IMG/VR virus record: IMGVR_UViG_3300017783_005492 | Origin: an uncultured virus (IMG/VR IMGVR_UViG_3300017783_005492) | Taxonomy: Duplodnaviria > Heunggongvirae > Uroviricota > Caudoviricetes | Strand: one strand, 5' to 3' | Length of the DNA: 20,000 nt | In this document: positions 9,401-17,101 of the stretch, piece after piece | How the letters are laid out: each line of letters starts with the position of its first letter | How positions within the stretch are numbered: the stretch's first letter is position 1 | The notes under the pieces: generated by a model | Seen by the model: only the letters and a program-made list of their open reading frames with translations | Told to the model about the DNA's origin: nothing | Databases searched by the model: none | Made by a program: the position numbers and the translations under genes

Positions 9401-11653
9401 CAGCAAAATCTTTGGAATAACTGGGAATGGCAGTGGGGTGGAACAGATCTTTCTAATCTTGCTGGTAGACAACTAGGTCGTTCAGTTTCGTCAGGATCTA
9501 GTCAAAGCGGTCGTACTATAACCACTACAACTACGACTTCAGTTACTAGAATTGTTCAAGGTGAAACTATTCGTGAAGTTATTGGCGATAGAGTTTTGGA
9601 TGTTGCAGTTATTCCGTTTATGAGATCTAGGAAAATTTATTTTAAGGCTGAAGGCTTAAAACCGGAAACAAGACTATTCCCTTACTTTGATGAAAAAGAT
9701 ATTTCTCAATGGGTAAGAGAAGAAACATTCCAAAGAACTTCAGATGATCCTACTCAATTTGGGTCTAGACACAATAATGCAACTGAGCATCCTGAAGGTA
9801 AGTCTACTCTTATTACAGATGAGACTGGTAAAATTGAAGGATCTTTCTTCATTCCTAATGGCGTTCAAAAATTTAGAACAGGTAGAAGAGAGTTTATGCT
9901 TTTGGACATTACAGTTCCAAAGCCTGCAGATTCTACTTCAAGAGCATTTGCTTCATATGAGGCAAACGGTATTCTTGAAACTAGACAACAAACTATTAGA
10001 TCAACAAGAAGCTTAAATATTAGAACTGATACACGTACTGCAAGATCTGTAAGAAGAATTCCAGATCCACCTGATGACGGTGGCCGCGAAGGTGGTGATG
10101 GTGGCGGCGGTGGTGATCCTATCGCTCAAACATTCTATGTTCCAAGGCCAGATGGTATTTTCTGTACAAAGGTTGGTGTAAGATTTGCTTCAAAAGATCC
10201 AATTGTTCCGGTTCAACTAGAACTAAGGCCTGCTGTTGAAGGTGCTCCTGCGGCATACCAAGTATTGCCGGGAGGTGTAGTATTTAAGGATCCGGCTGAT
10301 GTGAATATATCTGCTGATGGTACTGCTATCACCTACTTTGAATTTGATGAGCCTATTTACCTGAATTCGTATACTGAATATGCATTTGTTCTAAAAGCTG
10401 AAACAATTGAATATAACGTTTACATTGGTAAAACAGGTGAATTTATTCTTGGATCTACTGAAAGAAGAATTACACAGCAACCAACACTAGGTTCATTTTT
10501 CAAATCTCAAAACTCATTTATTTGGGAACCAGATCAAACAATTGATATGGCGTTTGAATTGCACACAGCTAGATTTAGACATTCAACAGCTGAAGCAATA
10601 TTGGAAAATGCAGATCCATCAATAAACCTTTTAACAACTGATCCTATTGATGTAACTAGTGGGTCACCAGCAGCTACAGTATTCCACCCTGATCATGGGT
10701 TTACTGATGGTGATCAGGTTATGATCACCGGACTTGACTCATCTGCTAGATACGCAGGAATCTTAGGTTCTTCTATTATGGGTATCCGCGCAATCGATAG
10801 TGCAGATAATGATTTCTTCAAAGTAGACTTTGATTCAGATGCAACCAATAGTGAAATTATTGGTAACAACTTAGTAGCAATGTCAAAACAGCAACTATTT
10901 GAACAAGTTGTTCCAGCTATCGATACTCTGGTGCCTACTTCTACTAGGATTACACCTACCGGTAGATTTACTACAGGACGGTCTATTGCTGGTAATGAAA
11001 CAAAATACACAAAGGCAACTACATATTTAACTTTGGCAGGAAGAGAAAACAATTACTTTAACGTTCCTCAAATTATTCCTTCTAAAGAACAAAGAGTTAA
11101 TAACCTAGGACTTGAAAAAGCTATAACACTAAAACTAAATATGATATCACAAAGTCCTGATGTTTCTCCAGTGATTGATATGCAACGAGCTTCTATGTGG
11201 ACAATTCATAATAGAATTGATTTCCAAAGCCAATATGGTGATTCTGCTGATAGAAATAATCCTATAACGTATGTTGATGAAACTAACTCTCAAAACGGAA
11301 CGTCTCTTGCTAAGCATATTACTAGACCAGTAACTCTAGAAAATGATGCCATTGGCCTTAAAATTTTGCTAGCAGCTAACCGGCCTTCAGCCTCTAACTT
11401 TAGAGTTTACTATAAAGCAATTGGTGAAGATATACTATTTTCGGATACTCCTTGGACAGAAGTTATAAAAGAAGTTGATCAACCAACAGATGAAAATCCT
11501 TCAATCTTTAGAGATTATGAATATTTAGTGGGTGGAGAAGACGGACTATCAACACCATTCTCGAAGTTTATGCTTAAGATTGTTATGAACAGTTCTAACA
11601 ATGCTTCGGTTCCTCAATTTACTGATTTAAGAGTGATAGCACTGAGCGCATAA
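6485..11653 (+). CDS. large virion structural protein, DUF4815/VrlC-like
   Basis: 1722 aa with YRDDF...NYHRILFNSGRALQARELTQMQTI, GADRYRIRL, FTMADIGKLETRIDQLE, GFLVDNF, NVNPFAV, PFMRSR, DPIAQTF and SPVIDMQR. This family follows gp8 in marine T4-like phages. Confidence 0.85.
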   Translation: MAVDFTKKIFSDTYRDDFRDSDNYHRILFNSGRALQARELTQMQTIIQREIETFASNIFKEGAAVNPGGITINKEYEFIKLDTSVNIFRTDPNDYNNIEFTGATSGVKAVVIEAVAAGSVDPATLYLRYTKTSTGTSSTSPIRFTPGEEISGGGFTLTVQTTNTVANPSSGMGTRASVNTGSFFVQGHFVFFEDQSIILSKYSNTVTATVGFKVIQDIVKASDNEALYDNQGAIPNKAAAGADRYRIRLELIDKANVDSDENFVFYANVINGSVSEFANGTNQYAKIADYVSQRAYETNGNFSAKQFRVKFDENDSDNTKLDVDVSAGVAYVNGYRAESMIPKTITINKAQETTDLNNQVVAANFGNFVELDSTNDPRLEVMFKRLPNLNAYQVRNLRDSANHLGATIGTARARYIEEDGADYKYYLFDISMNSGKSFRDVKSIGGSTSDYVNVRQTRGETELKGAINNNLLFPLPNSRPKQITDISLEVQRYFTGQFDFSGSETLTLTANGETFASPSEWIFTIDSSGKMLTNNDVTITGTGTATINISGGPTTTNFELLTKVDKSQGTVRSKTLNSPPTTGPKGLATNGTFIKTTLDSNNVLDLAKPDLFKVVLIADGESDGTDISSRFIVDNGQRDNFYAPARLILKQGAAEPAGNVFCSFSYFTHGASGDFFAVNSYTGQVDYADIPNHELSNGTVVNLRDVLDFRPRLKDDALDFAGGTARINELPKPNSLIRFDQETYMPRYDKLIIKETGLIEIIPGQSDLSPRFPETPENSLELYKLKLNPFTLNDSDTDTDLIETKVFTMADIGKLETRIDQLEEIATLNALETNLRTFSVFDSTGADRTKAGFLVDNFSDQLASAVNSPEYAAAIDPREGIVRPSFNEDQIGFVYDSDKSTNTIKKGDNVYIKYDDLKFIDQPLYSGTINVNPFAVITHTGRVLLSPQSDDWREVKRVPPRIVDGGFRLNPAQQNLWNNWEWQWGGTDLSNLAGRQLGRSVSSGSSQSGRTITTTTTTSVTRIVQGETIREVIGDRVLDVAVIPFMRSRKIYFKAEGLKPETRLFPYFDEKDISQWVREETFQRTSDDPTQFGSRHNNATEHPEGKSTLITDETGKIEGSFFIPNGVQKFRTGRREFMLLDITVPKPADSTSRAFASYEANGILETRQQTIRSTRSLNIRTDTRTARSVRRIPDPPDDGGREGGDGGGGGDPIAQTFYVPRPDGIFCTKVGVRFASKDPIVPVQLELRPAVEGAPAAYQVLPGGVVFKDPADVNISADGTAITYFEFDEPIYLNSYTEYAFVLKAETIEYNVYIGKTGEFILGSTERRITQQPTLGSFFKSQNSFIWEPDQTIDMAFELHTARFRHSTAEAILENADPSINLLTTDPIDVTSGSPAATVFHPDHGFTDGDQVMITGLDSSARYAGILGSSIMGIRAIDSADNDFFKVDFDSDATNSEIIGNNLVAMSKQQLFEQVVPAIDTLVPTSTRITPTGRFTTGRSIAGNETKYTKATTYLTLAGRENNYFNVPQIIPSKEQRVNNLGLEKAITLKLNMISQSPDVSPVIDMQRASMWTIHNRIDFQSQYGDSADRNNPITYVDETNSQNGTSLAKHITRPVTLENDAIGLKILLAANRPSASNFRVYYKAIGEDILFSDTPWTEVIKEVDQPTDENPSIFRDYEYLVGGEDGLSTPFSKFMLKIVMNSSNNASVPQFTDLRVIALSA

Positions 11654-11883
11654 TGAACGCAGAAAATAAATTTGGAAGATTTGTTGACATTGAAGGTCAT
11701 CCTGGCTGGAAAAGAGATATGAGATCTAATGCTATTGTTAGATCTAAAAGTGAAGATGGTAACGTTGCCAGGGCTGCTAAGAAGAAAAAAAAACAAATGG
11801 AAAATGATATAAATAACTTAAAGAATGAAATAGGTGAGATAAAAAATTTGCTCAAAATATTGGTAGATAAAAATGGCACGTAG
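11653..11883 (+). CDS. small hypothetical protein with C-terminal coiled coil
   Basis: 76 aa, coupled by TAATG to the upstream gene; VDIEGHPGWKRD...AIV followed by heptads (INNLKNEIGEIKNLLKILVDK). Similar small genes follow VrlC-like genes in T4-like phages. Confidence 0.75.
   Translation: MNAENKFGRFVDIEGHPGWKRDMRSNAIVRSKSEDGNVARAAKKKKKQMENDINNLKNEIGEIKNLLKILVDKNGT
11808..11815 (+). promoter_or_regulatory. T4-type late promoter (TATAAATA) inside the 76-aa gene
   Basis: Exact consensus 57 nt upstream of ATG 11873. Confidence 0.65.
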
Positions 11884-12400
11884 AATTAAAATTGAAATTG
11901 ATGATCTCGTAGATGATTGGCGCACCAAAACCAATACGTTAAGTAATTACTTTGGCGATCTTGACGAGCTTGCAACAGATGCAGACTCTGACCTCGTTGA
12001 AGCTATTAACGAAATCAACCTTAACTCTAAGGACTCTGCTGAAATCAATCGTATGATTGATTCAAACTTAGATTCTTTTTACGGTTTATATTTTCCAGTA
12101 GATTCAATTAATCTTGGGGATTTAGCAGTTGATTCAAATGCTATTCAAGCAAGATCAGTAGGTACATTAAAGCTTCAGCTTGATGCTGTCACAGGTATTA
12201 TTATTGCTACTGATGCGATTGACTCAACTCATGTTGGATCTCTCAGTCTTACAACTGCTATGGTTCAAGACTTTGCAATTACAAATGGTAAAATTGCAGA
12301 CAACACTATTCAGTCATCGAAGTTTGATTCGACTGTTACTCTCACAATTACAGATTCTGCGGGAACGATAGTAAAGACACTAAGATCTCCGGGGAGCTAG
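11873..12400 (+). CDS. putative virion fibre/structural protein with 10-residue repeats
   Basis: GDLDELATDADSDLVEAINEI fibre-type motif followed by about 10-aa periodic units (AVDSNAIQAR/SVGTLKLQLD/AVTGIIIATD/AIDSTHVGSL/SLTTAMVQDF/AITNGKIADN); 9 DS in 175 aa. Confidence 0.6.
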   Translation: MARRIKIEIDDLVDDWRTKTNTLSNYFGDLDELATDADSDLVEAINEINLNSKDSAEINRMIDSNLDSFYGLYFPVDSINLGDLAVDSNAIQARSVGTLKLQLDAVTGIIIATDAIDSTHVGSLSLTTAMVQDFAITNGKIADNTIQSSKFDSTVTLTITDSAGTIVKTLRSPGS

Positions 12401-12403
12401 TCG

Positions 12404-13348
12404 ATGGCTATTAGGTATCCGGTATACTGGGATCATGCGGCAGGCACAATTCGCCCCATGTCTGTTCAAGGCATACAAAGAATTCGCAAGCGCGTATTAT
12501 TTTTACATGGAAATTACAAAACAGTAAACATTCAAGTTGCCTCTGGAGTTCTTGGAGGTAATATGCTGACGATCTCCGATACTCGTAAAATGGCAGGAGC
12601 AGGTAATACTCACGTATCATCATTTCGTACTGCAGCACAAACTGCTGATGTAACCACAAAAACAATTAATTATAATCGTTTAATTCATTCACCTGATTCT
12701 ATGTCAGGTGTTACAGATACTAATAACAGAAGATACCCACTTTATCTTGATGGCACAAATAACTTAGTTGCTATGAACCAACAGGATATGTTTGACACCT
12801 TTATTACTCAAGCATTAGATGATATTGTGGATGGAAGCGATCACCCTGGAGTTTATAAGCTTTCAACTTTAACCAGTCTAGCTAATCACACAATTGTTTC
12901 AGGTACTCCTGTATTTACTGATACTAGAGCTAATGTTGGTGCCTATACGTCTGGCGGTATTAGTGAAACAAAAGATCAACCTACTACTATTAATAATTAC
13001 TATCTTCACATTGGTAATGCTTCTTTAACTACAGTTGAAAATCACCCTTTGCCTTTGAAAATTGGTGCAGATGATAACATAGAAACATACGATGCTGCTG
13101 CTTTAGATGTTACATTAGGAGAACTTTTGCAATATTATGGCGGAGCTAACGGAGGTACTGGTAACCAAATTTCGTATAACTGGACTGGAACAGGACAACA
13201 AAGAGGAACTGCCCTTGTAAACACTGTCGTTAATGGATCTACGTATAGAACTAGAAAAGTAGATACAAACGATTACCGCGCGCAGGAGCACCCTTCAGGA
13301 TCAGTAATTACAGTTAACACTTATACATTTTCTATACAAAGGTCTTAA
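12404..13348 (+). CDS. hypothetical virion-associated protein with three internal ~100-aa repeats
   Basis: 314-aa Thr/Gly/Asn-rich ORF in the late operon with a GGAG ribosome-binding site; repeated YP(V/L)Y.D and DTR...TIN.Y motifs. Confidence 0.6.
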   Translation: MAIRYPVYWDHAAGTIRPMSVQGIQRIRKRVLFLHGNYKTVNIQVASGVLGGNMLTISDTRKMAGAGNTHVSSFRTAAQTADVTTKTINYNRLIHSPDSMSGVTDTNNRRYPLYLDGTNNLVAMNQQDMFDTFITQALDDIVDGSDHPGVYKLSTLTSLANHTIVSGTPVFTDTRANVGAYTSGGISETKDQPTTINNYYLHIGNASLTTVENHPLPLKIGADDNIETYDAAALDVTLGELLQYYGGANGGTGNQISYNWTGTGQQRGTALVNTVVNGSTYRTRKVDTNDYRAQEHPSGSVITVNTYTFSIQRS

Positions 13349-13350
13349 TC

Positions 13351-14061
13351 ATGACATATCAATTTTATAACGCATATTTTACAAACGACACTAGAAATAC
13401 TATAGAAGTGGTTTATGTAAATCCTGATAATGATGAAGACGCATACGTTGAATATTTGAAAGCTGATAAATCACAAAAGGTTTATCAAGATCTTTTGGAA
13501 ATAGTAACCGAAGATCAGCTACATGAAAATACGTATAAGCGTATGAAAGTGATGCAGGAAGATTATGAAAAAGATGTTATTGCAATTGCAAAAGATCAAG
13601 GCTTAATTTATGATGTGGATGATCTAAATAGTAAACTATATGAAGTTCTACTTAAATCTATCTTTATTGACTTTGACGCAGAAGACCATAAAGAAAAACT
13701 TTTCTTAATTAAAATTGCTTTATTTGAAAATGAAGAAATTATGAATAGTAAAAATAAAGCTCTTAAATCTAAATTAAGAAAAGCTCCGACTTTACTTGAA
13801 GCCGTTAATATTTCTACAGAAATTGTTATTGAGGCTCGTGCAGCAAATACTCCTGCCACCACCCAGGCTGAAGCATCTTCTGATGATTCTGATTCATCAG
13901 AACAACAGGATACTCCGGTAAATCTCGAAACTCTGTCTGATACGAGCAATAACCATACCAATGAAAGTTTAGATTCGGACGAATCATCTCATGAAAATAT
14001 TGATCAATCCCTAGATAATACTTCAACTGATAGTAATCTGGATTCTGATCCCACAACTTAA
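13351..14061 (+). CDS. hypothetical protein: globular N-terminal ~160 aa plus an acidic Ser/Thr/Asp-rich tail overlapping the antisense gene
   Basis: 236-aa ORF starting 2 nt after the previous stop; the last ~78 codons overlap the - strand glycosyltransferase-like gene. Confidence 0.7.
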   Translation: MTYQFYNAYFTNDTRNTIEVVYVNPDNDEDAYVEYLKADKSQKVYQDLLEIVTEDQLHENTYKRMKVMQEDYEKDVIAIAKDQGLIYDVDDLNSKLYEVLLKSIFIDFDAEDHKEKLFLIKIALFENEEIMNSKNKALKSKLRKAPTLLEAVNISTEIVIEARAANTPATTQAEASSDDSDSSEQQDTPVNLETLSDTSNNHTNESLDSDESSHENIDQSLDNTSTDSNLDSDPTT

Positions 14062-14407
14062 ACACATCACTTCTATCACCGGTCCAAGATATAATGCTTG
14101 AATTTAGTGGTGTGTGCCATGCATCTCTCCACCAGGCCCAACAAACTTTTAATGAGTTTGACAAAAACCTATTGCAATCTCCTTTTATAATAACATCTAA
14201 GTCAAAATAAATATTTGTTCCAGTGCGAAACTTATCAAACATAATAAGTTTATTTGCAACCTGAAGATCGTATTTGTTTTCTTTTATCACCACAAATTCA
14301 TCGTATTCTAAATTAGAATACGTATCAATCATATGCTTTATGTTATTGACGTACCACTCACTATATTTTGTGCCAGTGTTAACTACAATAATTCTATCAA
14401 GGTGCAT
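13826..14407 (-). CDS. glycosyltransferase-like protein (GT-A fold, DxD motif)
   Basis: Likely start ATG 14407 (MHLDRIIVVNTGTKYSEWYVNNIKHMI), overlapping the radical SAM stop. Motifs GTKYS..YV, NKL.MF, NIYFDLDVII, NSSIISW and GIDQYF are typical of small phage glycosyltransferase-like proteins. Confidence 0.7.
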   Translation of the reverse strand: MHLDRIIVVNTGTKYSEWYVNNIKHMIDTYSNLEYDEFVVIKENKYDLQVANKLIMFDKFRTGTNIYFDLDVIIKGDCNRFLSNSLKVCWAWWRDAWHTPLNSSIISWTGDRSDVFKLWDQNPDYYQLKYYLGIDQYFHEMIRPNLNFHWYGYCSYQTEFRDLPEYPVVLMNQNHQKMLQPGWWQEYLLHEPQ

Positions 14408-15461
14408 GTAATTCTCTAATCTGATGAGTTTTCTTTTGTCTATTAGAACAATTTCTAACACATTGGCCAATTGGATCATTACCTTTTATACTATCTGGTA
14501 AAGCTTTTGTAAACCAGTCTGAATTTAATATTTCAGATAATTTCGTATGTAGTACATTATAAGACTTCAAATTTCTATTATAGTCTTCGCTATAAACAGC
14601 ATTTAAGTTTAATGCTGTTTTGCTGTTTTTATATACAGGATCGTGTCTTTGCCAAAAGTGTGCGTTTGCGTGAAAACAACAAGGCATAATTTGACCATCA
14701 GGGTTAACTACAATTTCGTTTCTCGGCAAAGCCCATCTACATTTTATTTCATAAGAATTATATCTGTCTGTACTTCCAGCAATTATTCCATCCGGCAATA
14801 CTTCTCTGTCAGCAGCTTCTAAACAATCTTTTTCTCCATGTTCATTAATAAATGATCTAATTTCTTTACCTCTAAATCTATCACTAATTACAAATGCGTG
14901 AGCAATAGATCCATGTGCTTTAACTAGGTTTTTAATTTCACTTTTATATTCTTGGTTGTGCTTAAATAAAATAGTTTGAGATTTTACTAATGATGTAGTC
15001 TGACTAAGCATATCCATATTTTCTAGAACTTTACTTAAGTGAGTAAATCTTCTATATTTTTCATGCATTTCCTGATTGATTCCATCAATATCAAATATAA
15101 CTTCTAATCTAGATCTACACTTAACACCTATATCCCACCACCAATCAGCATTTCGGATACTTCCATTTGTATCCATAGAAATTAAAGTGTCTGAGTTATC
15201 AATAATATATGCAAAAATTTTATCTAAGTCTTTGCACATAACCGGATCGCCCCATGTTCCACAAAACTTAAATATCTTAATACGCATCATTTCACTAGGA
15301 GGAAATGCTTTTTTGAACATATCAAGATCCCATTGTATTAGTGGCAGCCAATCGGTTTTACCTAAACCGTTTTCGCTTGTTCTATGACATTGAGGACAAC
15401 CAGCATTACAATAAGTTGATATGTCAAGAAAAACCTTTATTGAATTAGGATTCCATTTCAT
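14397..15461 (-). CDS. radical SAM enzyme with C-terminal twitch/SPASM-like Fe-S domain
   Basis: CNAGCPQC (CxxxCxxC), FCGTWGDP, TNGS, FDIDG; C-terminal C...VNPDGQIMPCC...C...C. GGAG ribosome-binding site upstream. Confidence 0.9.
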   Translation of the reverse strand: MKWNPNSIKVFLDISTYCNAGCPQCHRTSENGLGKTDWLPLIQWDLDMFKKAFPPSEMMRIKIFKFCGTWGDPVMCKDLDKIFAYIIDNSDTLISMDTNGSIRNADWWWDIGVKCRSRLEVIFDIDGINQEMHEKYRRFTHLSKVLENMDMLSQTTSLVKSQTILFKHNQEYKSEIKNLVKAHGSIAHAFVISDRFRGKEIRSFINEHGEKDCLEAADREVLPDGIIAGSTDRYNSYEIKCRWALPRNEIVVNPDGQIMPCCFHANAHFWQRHDPVYKNSKTALNLNAVYSEDYNRNLKSYNVLHTKLSEILNSDWFTKALPDSIKGNDPIGQCVRNCSNRQKKTHQIRELHAP

Positions 15462-16236
15462 CTATTTCTCCAAAGGTAATATCAAATTCTTTTTTTATGT
15501 GGTGTAAAAAGTGCGATGATTCTCCTCCTCGAGGCGCATAATCGTCAAGCATAAAATTCCAAGCCATGCCAATATTTGTGTAAGGTACATTATATTTTTC
15601 TATCATCCATGATATAAACACTTCGTTATTAGGTCTCCAAGATCTTGAAATTTCTTCTGGATATAGATTATCAATACACGATTCTTCAAAAACTTTATAT
15701 GCTTCAGGCAATCTTTTACTAAAATTTAAGTTTTGGATTGCTTTACGATTACCTCCAATAACTCCTGTGTTAATCATTGTATCATTGCCAGACATGTTTT
15801 CTAAAATTAACATTGATTTTTTAGCACAAGTTTTTGCATATACATTCATTCTATCCCAGTCATTTGCTTGAAACTTCCACTTTAATTCATTTGCTCCAGG
15901 AGTTCTAGACATAGAATAGGCGTTAATTTTATTCATATCAAAGTATTCAAAAAAGTTGACATCTGTTTGAGGGATTACATCAAAATCTAAATACAAAACT
16001 TCGTCATATATTTTTGATAATTCTTCAAGTTTATTTAGTTTCATAAATTGAATTTTATCGTAGTCGGTTTCTTTTATAATGTATAGTTTATAATCAGCGC
16101 TAACTTTTGTTGCGTATTCTAATTGTTTTGTTTCTAAGTGTAGTTTGTATTTCTTAAACTGATTTTTTTTATAATCAGTTGAAGACATATGCTCACCTAC
16201 ATTTTCACTGTATAGACTGTATATGATTCTTGACAA
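15445..16236 (-). CDS. glycosyltransferase-like protein (GT-A, DxD), paralog of the upstream gene
   Basis: VLYLDFDVIP, INTGVIGG, NNEVFISW, WNFMLD and FLHHIKKEF. Probable TTG start at 16236 (MSRIIYSLY), 8 nt after AAGGA. Confidence 0.75.
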   Translation of the reverse strand: MSRIIYSLYSENVGEHMSSTDYKKNQFKKYKLHLETKQLEYATKVSADYKLYIIKETDYDKIQFMKLNKLEELSKIYDEVLYLDFDVIPQTDVNFFEYFDMNKINAYSMSRTPGANELKWKFQANDWDRMNVYAKTCAKKSMLILENMSGNDTMINTGVIGGNRKAIQNLNFSKRLPEAYKVFEESCIDNLYPEEISRSWRPNNEVFISWMIEKYNVPYTNIGMAWNFMLDDYAPRGGESSHFLHHIKKEFDITFGEIDEMES

Positions 16237-17098
16237 AATCAAAATCCTTTTTAATGCAATGAACTAATTTAGTTCCTTTTGGTATGTATGAAAACTTATC
16301 CATAAAGTAATGCCAAGAAGGACTTAGTTTATTGTATGGTATTTTTTTGCTTATCATTAAATAGCTCCACAAAGTTTCATTATCATACCCAAATAATTTT
16401 TGTATGTAGTCTGGATATATACTATCTTGTTCTTTTACTAAGCTATCCATATACTTAATATTCTTTTCAAAAGAATTAAAATAATCAAGAAGCTCAAGAC
16501 TTTTTTTATTTGACCCAATTATTCCAGTATTAAAAACTTCAATATCGCTAGTGCTAAAATCTCTATTAAATAGCATTGCTTGTGTATTCCAATATTTTGC
16601 AGTAGGTGATCTATTGCTATGTTTTTTTGTACTACGTTTCATCCTTAGTAGAGCTTTATTATTAGTTTCAATTCTTGTTTGACTTTCAGCCGTACCTGAC
16701 ATTATAGTTAAGCCTGGCCATCTCTTAAAAAAACACTGATCTGTCATTGGAATAACGTCAAGGTCTAAATATAAAACCTCATCATATTTTTCAGCTAAAT
16801 CATATAAGAGCTTAATTTTATAAAAGTTAACAATGTTATATTCAGTGATTGTGCTTGGCATAGTTTTTGCATATTCTTCATACGCTTTATCATATGTAAA
16901 ACAAAAATAGTCTGCGCCTATTAAAGATGCATACTGCTTTTGCTTTTCTATAAGCCAAGGGGAATGTATTAAAAATTGTTCTTTTGTATGTAATGTTTTG
17001 GAAATTGTCGTATCTACATGAGGAGGTTGATAATCTAATTTTTCTTCTGGAATATCTACGTATAAACTAAAGACTACTTTATTTTTATAAATACTCAT
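16205..17098 (-). CDS. glycosyltransferase-like protein (GT-A, DxD)
   Basis: Likely start ATG 17098 (MSIYKNKVVFSLYVDIP) with AGGA 6 nt upstream. YASLIGADY, NFYKI, VLYLDLDVIP, FNTGIIG, YDNETLWSY, WHYFMD and LVHCIKKDF resemble GT8/GT34-like motifs. Confidence 0.78.
   Translation of the reverse strand: MSIYKNKVVFSLYVDIPEEKLDYQPPHVDTTISKTLHTKEQFLIHSPWLIEKQKQYASLIGADYFCFTYDKAYEEYAKTMPSTITEYNIVNFYKIKLLYDLAEKYDEVLYLDLDVIPMTDQCFFKRWPGLTIMSGTAESQTRIETNNKALLRMKRSTKKHSNRSPTAKYWNTQAMLFNRDFSTSDIEVFNTGIIGSNKKSLELLDYFNSFEKNIKYMDSLVKEQDSIYPDYIQKLFGYDNETLWSYLMISKKIPYNKLSPSWHYFMDKFSYIPKGTKLVHCIKKDFDFVKNHIQSIQ
17086..17093 (+). promoter_or_regulatory. T4-type late promoter (TATAAATA) embedded in the first codons of the antisense glycosyltransferase gene
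   Basis: Exact consensus ending 8 nt before ATG 17102. Confidence 0.7.
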
Positions 17099-17101
17099 AC
17101 T

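Noticed and set aside
11653..11883. 76-aa ORF as a RiPP precursor for the radical SAM enzyme
   Set aside because: It is a basic coiled-coil protein coupled to the structural operon on the opposite strand, with no leader/core pattern.
16205..16250. Programmed frameshift fusing the two GT paralogs at GATTTTGATTTTG
   Set aside because: A well-spaced AAGGA plus TTG explains independent initiation, and no stimulatory structure is evident. Not fully excluded.
13826..17098. GTs as T4-style DNA glucosyltransferases
   Set aside because: T4 alpha- and beta-glucosyltransferases are GT-B enzymes found among DNA metabolism genes. These have DxD GT-A motifs and sit among virion genes. A DNA or host-surface target is less likely but not disproved.
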